From positions 248,001-312,000 of the forward strand of contig NC_087252.1 of assembly GCF_037042905.1 (NCBI RefSeq): a DNA stretch of 64,000 nucleotides, written 5' to 3'. The DNA comes from Lytechinus pictus (Eukaryota). The translations under genes and the position numbers were made by a program. The notes beneath the pieces are model-generated. The model saw only the letters and a list, made by a program, of their open reading frames with translations. It had not been told where the DNA came from and ran no database searches. Of the stretch, positions 63,311-64,000 are shown piece after piece; position 1 is the stretch's first letter; every line of letters starts with the position of its first letter.

Positions 63311-64000
63311 TTAAGAAGCATGGGTTTTCATATGTACTTTAAGAGTGCTCCTTTCCCGAAAGCTCTTCCCACAAACAGAACACGGATAGGGTTTCTCTCC
63401 TGTATGGATCCTCATATGACGCTTGAAATCGTTCTTTTTTCCAAATTTTTTCTCACAAACCGAGCACGAAAACGGCTTTTCTCCCGTGTGAATTTTCTGA
63501 TGATCCACAAGCCGACTCTTGTCAGAGAAAGTTTTGCCACAAGACGCACAATTAAAGGGTCTCTCTCCTGTGTGGATTCTTACATGTCTCGTTAGATGGG
63601 CAGTTTGTGAAAACGTCTTGTTACAAAATGAGCACACGTAGGGCTTTTCACCTGTATGAGATCTTGTGTGTCTTGCGAGTGTATCAACGCGACTGAACCT
63701 CATATCGCAGTACACACACTGATGTGGCTTTTCACCCGTATGGGTTTTGATGTGAGCGTCCAGGCTTGTCCTTCGGGCGTACGTCTTCTCGCAAAATGGA
63801 CACTGCTGGCTCTTTTCTCCCGAATGAACCGCCATATGTAACTTGAGATGACATCTTTCACTGAAGCTTTTGTCACAAATAGTACACACATATGGCTTCT
63901 CACCTGTATGGCTTCTCATGTGTCTCTTCAGTCCATTGCTGAATTGAAATCGTTTCTTGCAGAAGGTGCATTCGTGAGGTCTCTCTTCAGCATGTATCTG
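63311..64000 (-). CDS. 3' part of a zinc-finger terminal exon (at least 8 C2H2 fingers); continues beyond the window
   Basis: Open frame from 64000 (QIHAEERPHECTFC...) to TAA at 63311, with canonical HTGEKP linkers. Confidence 0.93.
   Translation of the reverse strand, partial: QIHAEERPHECTFCKKRFQFSNGLKRHMRSHTGEKPYVCTICDKSFSERCHLKLHMAVHSGEKSQQCPFCEKTYARRTSLDAHIKTHTGEKPHQCVYCDMRFSRVDTLARHTRSHTGEKPYVCSFCNKTFSQTAHLTRHVRIHTGERPFNCASCGKTFSDKSRLVDHQKIHTGEKPFSCSVCEKKFGKKNDFKRHMRIHTGEKPYPCSVCGKSFRERSTLKVHMKTHAS

Overview
AT-rich, intron- and repeat-rich animal genomic DNA. The repeat families look echinoderm/sea-urchin-like, which is an inference from style and not a database match. The window holds a tandem cluster of C2H2 zinc-finger genes. 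On the + strand there is a multi-exon gene 1 (~1150-19439, 12 fingers) and a paralogous gene 2 (~28976-38183). Gene 2 appears to have two alternative phase-1 terminal zinc-finger exons behind one shared acidic exon. On the - strand two more zinc-finger terminal exons (63311->64000 and 56314-58130) are arranged the same way. Between the convergent + and - groups lies a 4-exon WSCD1/2-like Golgi sulfotransferase gene (48543-51863, -). Introns and intergenic DNA are packed with non-autonomous DNA transposons (hAT-, Kolobok-, piggyBac-, Harbinger- and Tc1-like, plus a Helentron-type HINE), often nested with intact TSDs. There are also CR1 and L2/Crack LINE remnants, tRNA-derived SINEs, a near-perfect 2.6-kb tandem duplication and several minisatellites. 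The best candidate for an undescribed system is a lola/mod(mdg4)-like arrangement of swappable zinc-finger terminal exons, each starting with a shared SGDxSxDRSH motif. All gene models were built by hand from splice signals and phase compatibility, without transcript data.
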